Origin: Lepidodermella squamata
Lineage: Eukaryota > Animalia > Gastrotricha
Assembly (NCBI GenBank): GCA_047495785.1
Contig: JBLDXI010000032.1
Coordinates: 3,410,001 to 3,474,000 of the forward strand
Length of the DNA: 64,000 nt
Direction of reading: 5' to 3'
Positions 63,601-64,000 of the stretch are shown here, in pieces. Position numbers and translations under genes: made by a program. The notes below the pieces were generated by a model, which saw only the letters and a list, made by a program, of their open reading frames with translations, had not been told where the DNA came from and did not search any database. How positions within the stretch are numbered: position 1 is the first letter of the stretch; each line of letters starts with the position of its first letter.

Positions 63601-64000
63601 GTCGCTTCCGGCCACGACTACACTCTGCTCGGATGATAACAGGTGAGAAGAAGAAGAACGCGCTTTTACAGAGAGCAGGATTTCACGTAATTAGCCTACA
63701 TGCGATTAATCACATATGACACAGACTGAAAAATCGATTTTAGCGGGGTGTGTTTTTTCGCCAATCTCAAGTATCATGTTACGTTCAGGTGTTTTTTCAT
63801 GATGCCTCCGAGCAGAATATTTTCTTATAGCATTAGAGGAATGACGCGAGGATGAAGTTGCCAAATTTTCGATTAATTTTCCTTTTTTCATGTCTCTTTC
63901 ATCGCAGCTGGTGTGGAAAGCCGAGCGACTTTTGCGTGAGAATGATGACGGCGGGTATGTTAGGCACCACTACAACAACTACGGCGCCAACGAACCCGGT
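60697..64000 (+). CDS. MEGF8/attractin-like protein (signal peptide, Kelch repeats, PSI domains), partial
   Basis: Kelch GG motifs (YAFGG, FVMGG, FVYGG, FLHGG) and PSI-like repeats (SCVTCLLNSACLW, SCRDC..CTW, CLSRKTCEQC..CLWS..C). Runs off the window. Confidence 0.7.

Overview
Eukaryotic (invertebrate metazoan) DNA from a compact genome with many ~50-60 nt GT-AG introns, so most ORF-track entries are exon fragments. 1-989 is the 3' end of a TRPM channel gene. A complete tandem paralogue lies at 16124-21266 and has an unusual duplicated SLOG (MHR1/2) N-terminus. Between them is a ~13 kb nest of transposons: Harbinger inside piggyBac, hAT inside RTE, a P/hAT-like element inside a Ginger2-like integrase element, a tRNA-like SINE with a perfect 36-bp hairpin and a MULE remnant. 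This nest also hides a 71-aa secreted-peptide gene missed by the ORF track. The rest is gene-dense: adhesion GPCR, an orphan gene, STX17-MED28-CDS, BiP, a divergent intronless Cys-loop receptor, a truncated LINE, CIAO2B-LIN7, UGCG, N6AMT1-RADX, pirin, an intact PHD-APE-RT LINE with a highly structured 3' UTR, and the start of a MEGF8/attractin-like gene. Several co-oriented genes are only 45-117 nt apart with splice-acceptor-like sites before the ATG, suggesting operons resolved by trans-splicing. All family assignments come from motif recognition by eye; no searches were run.
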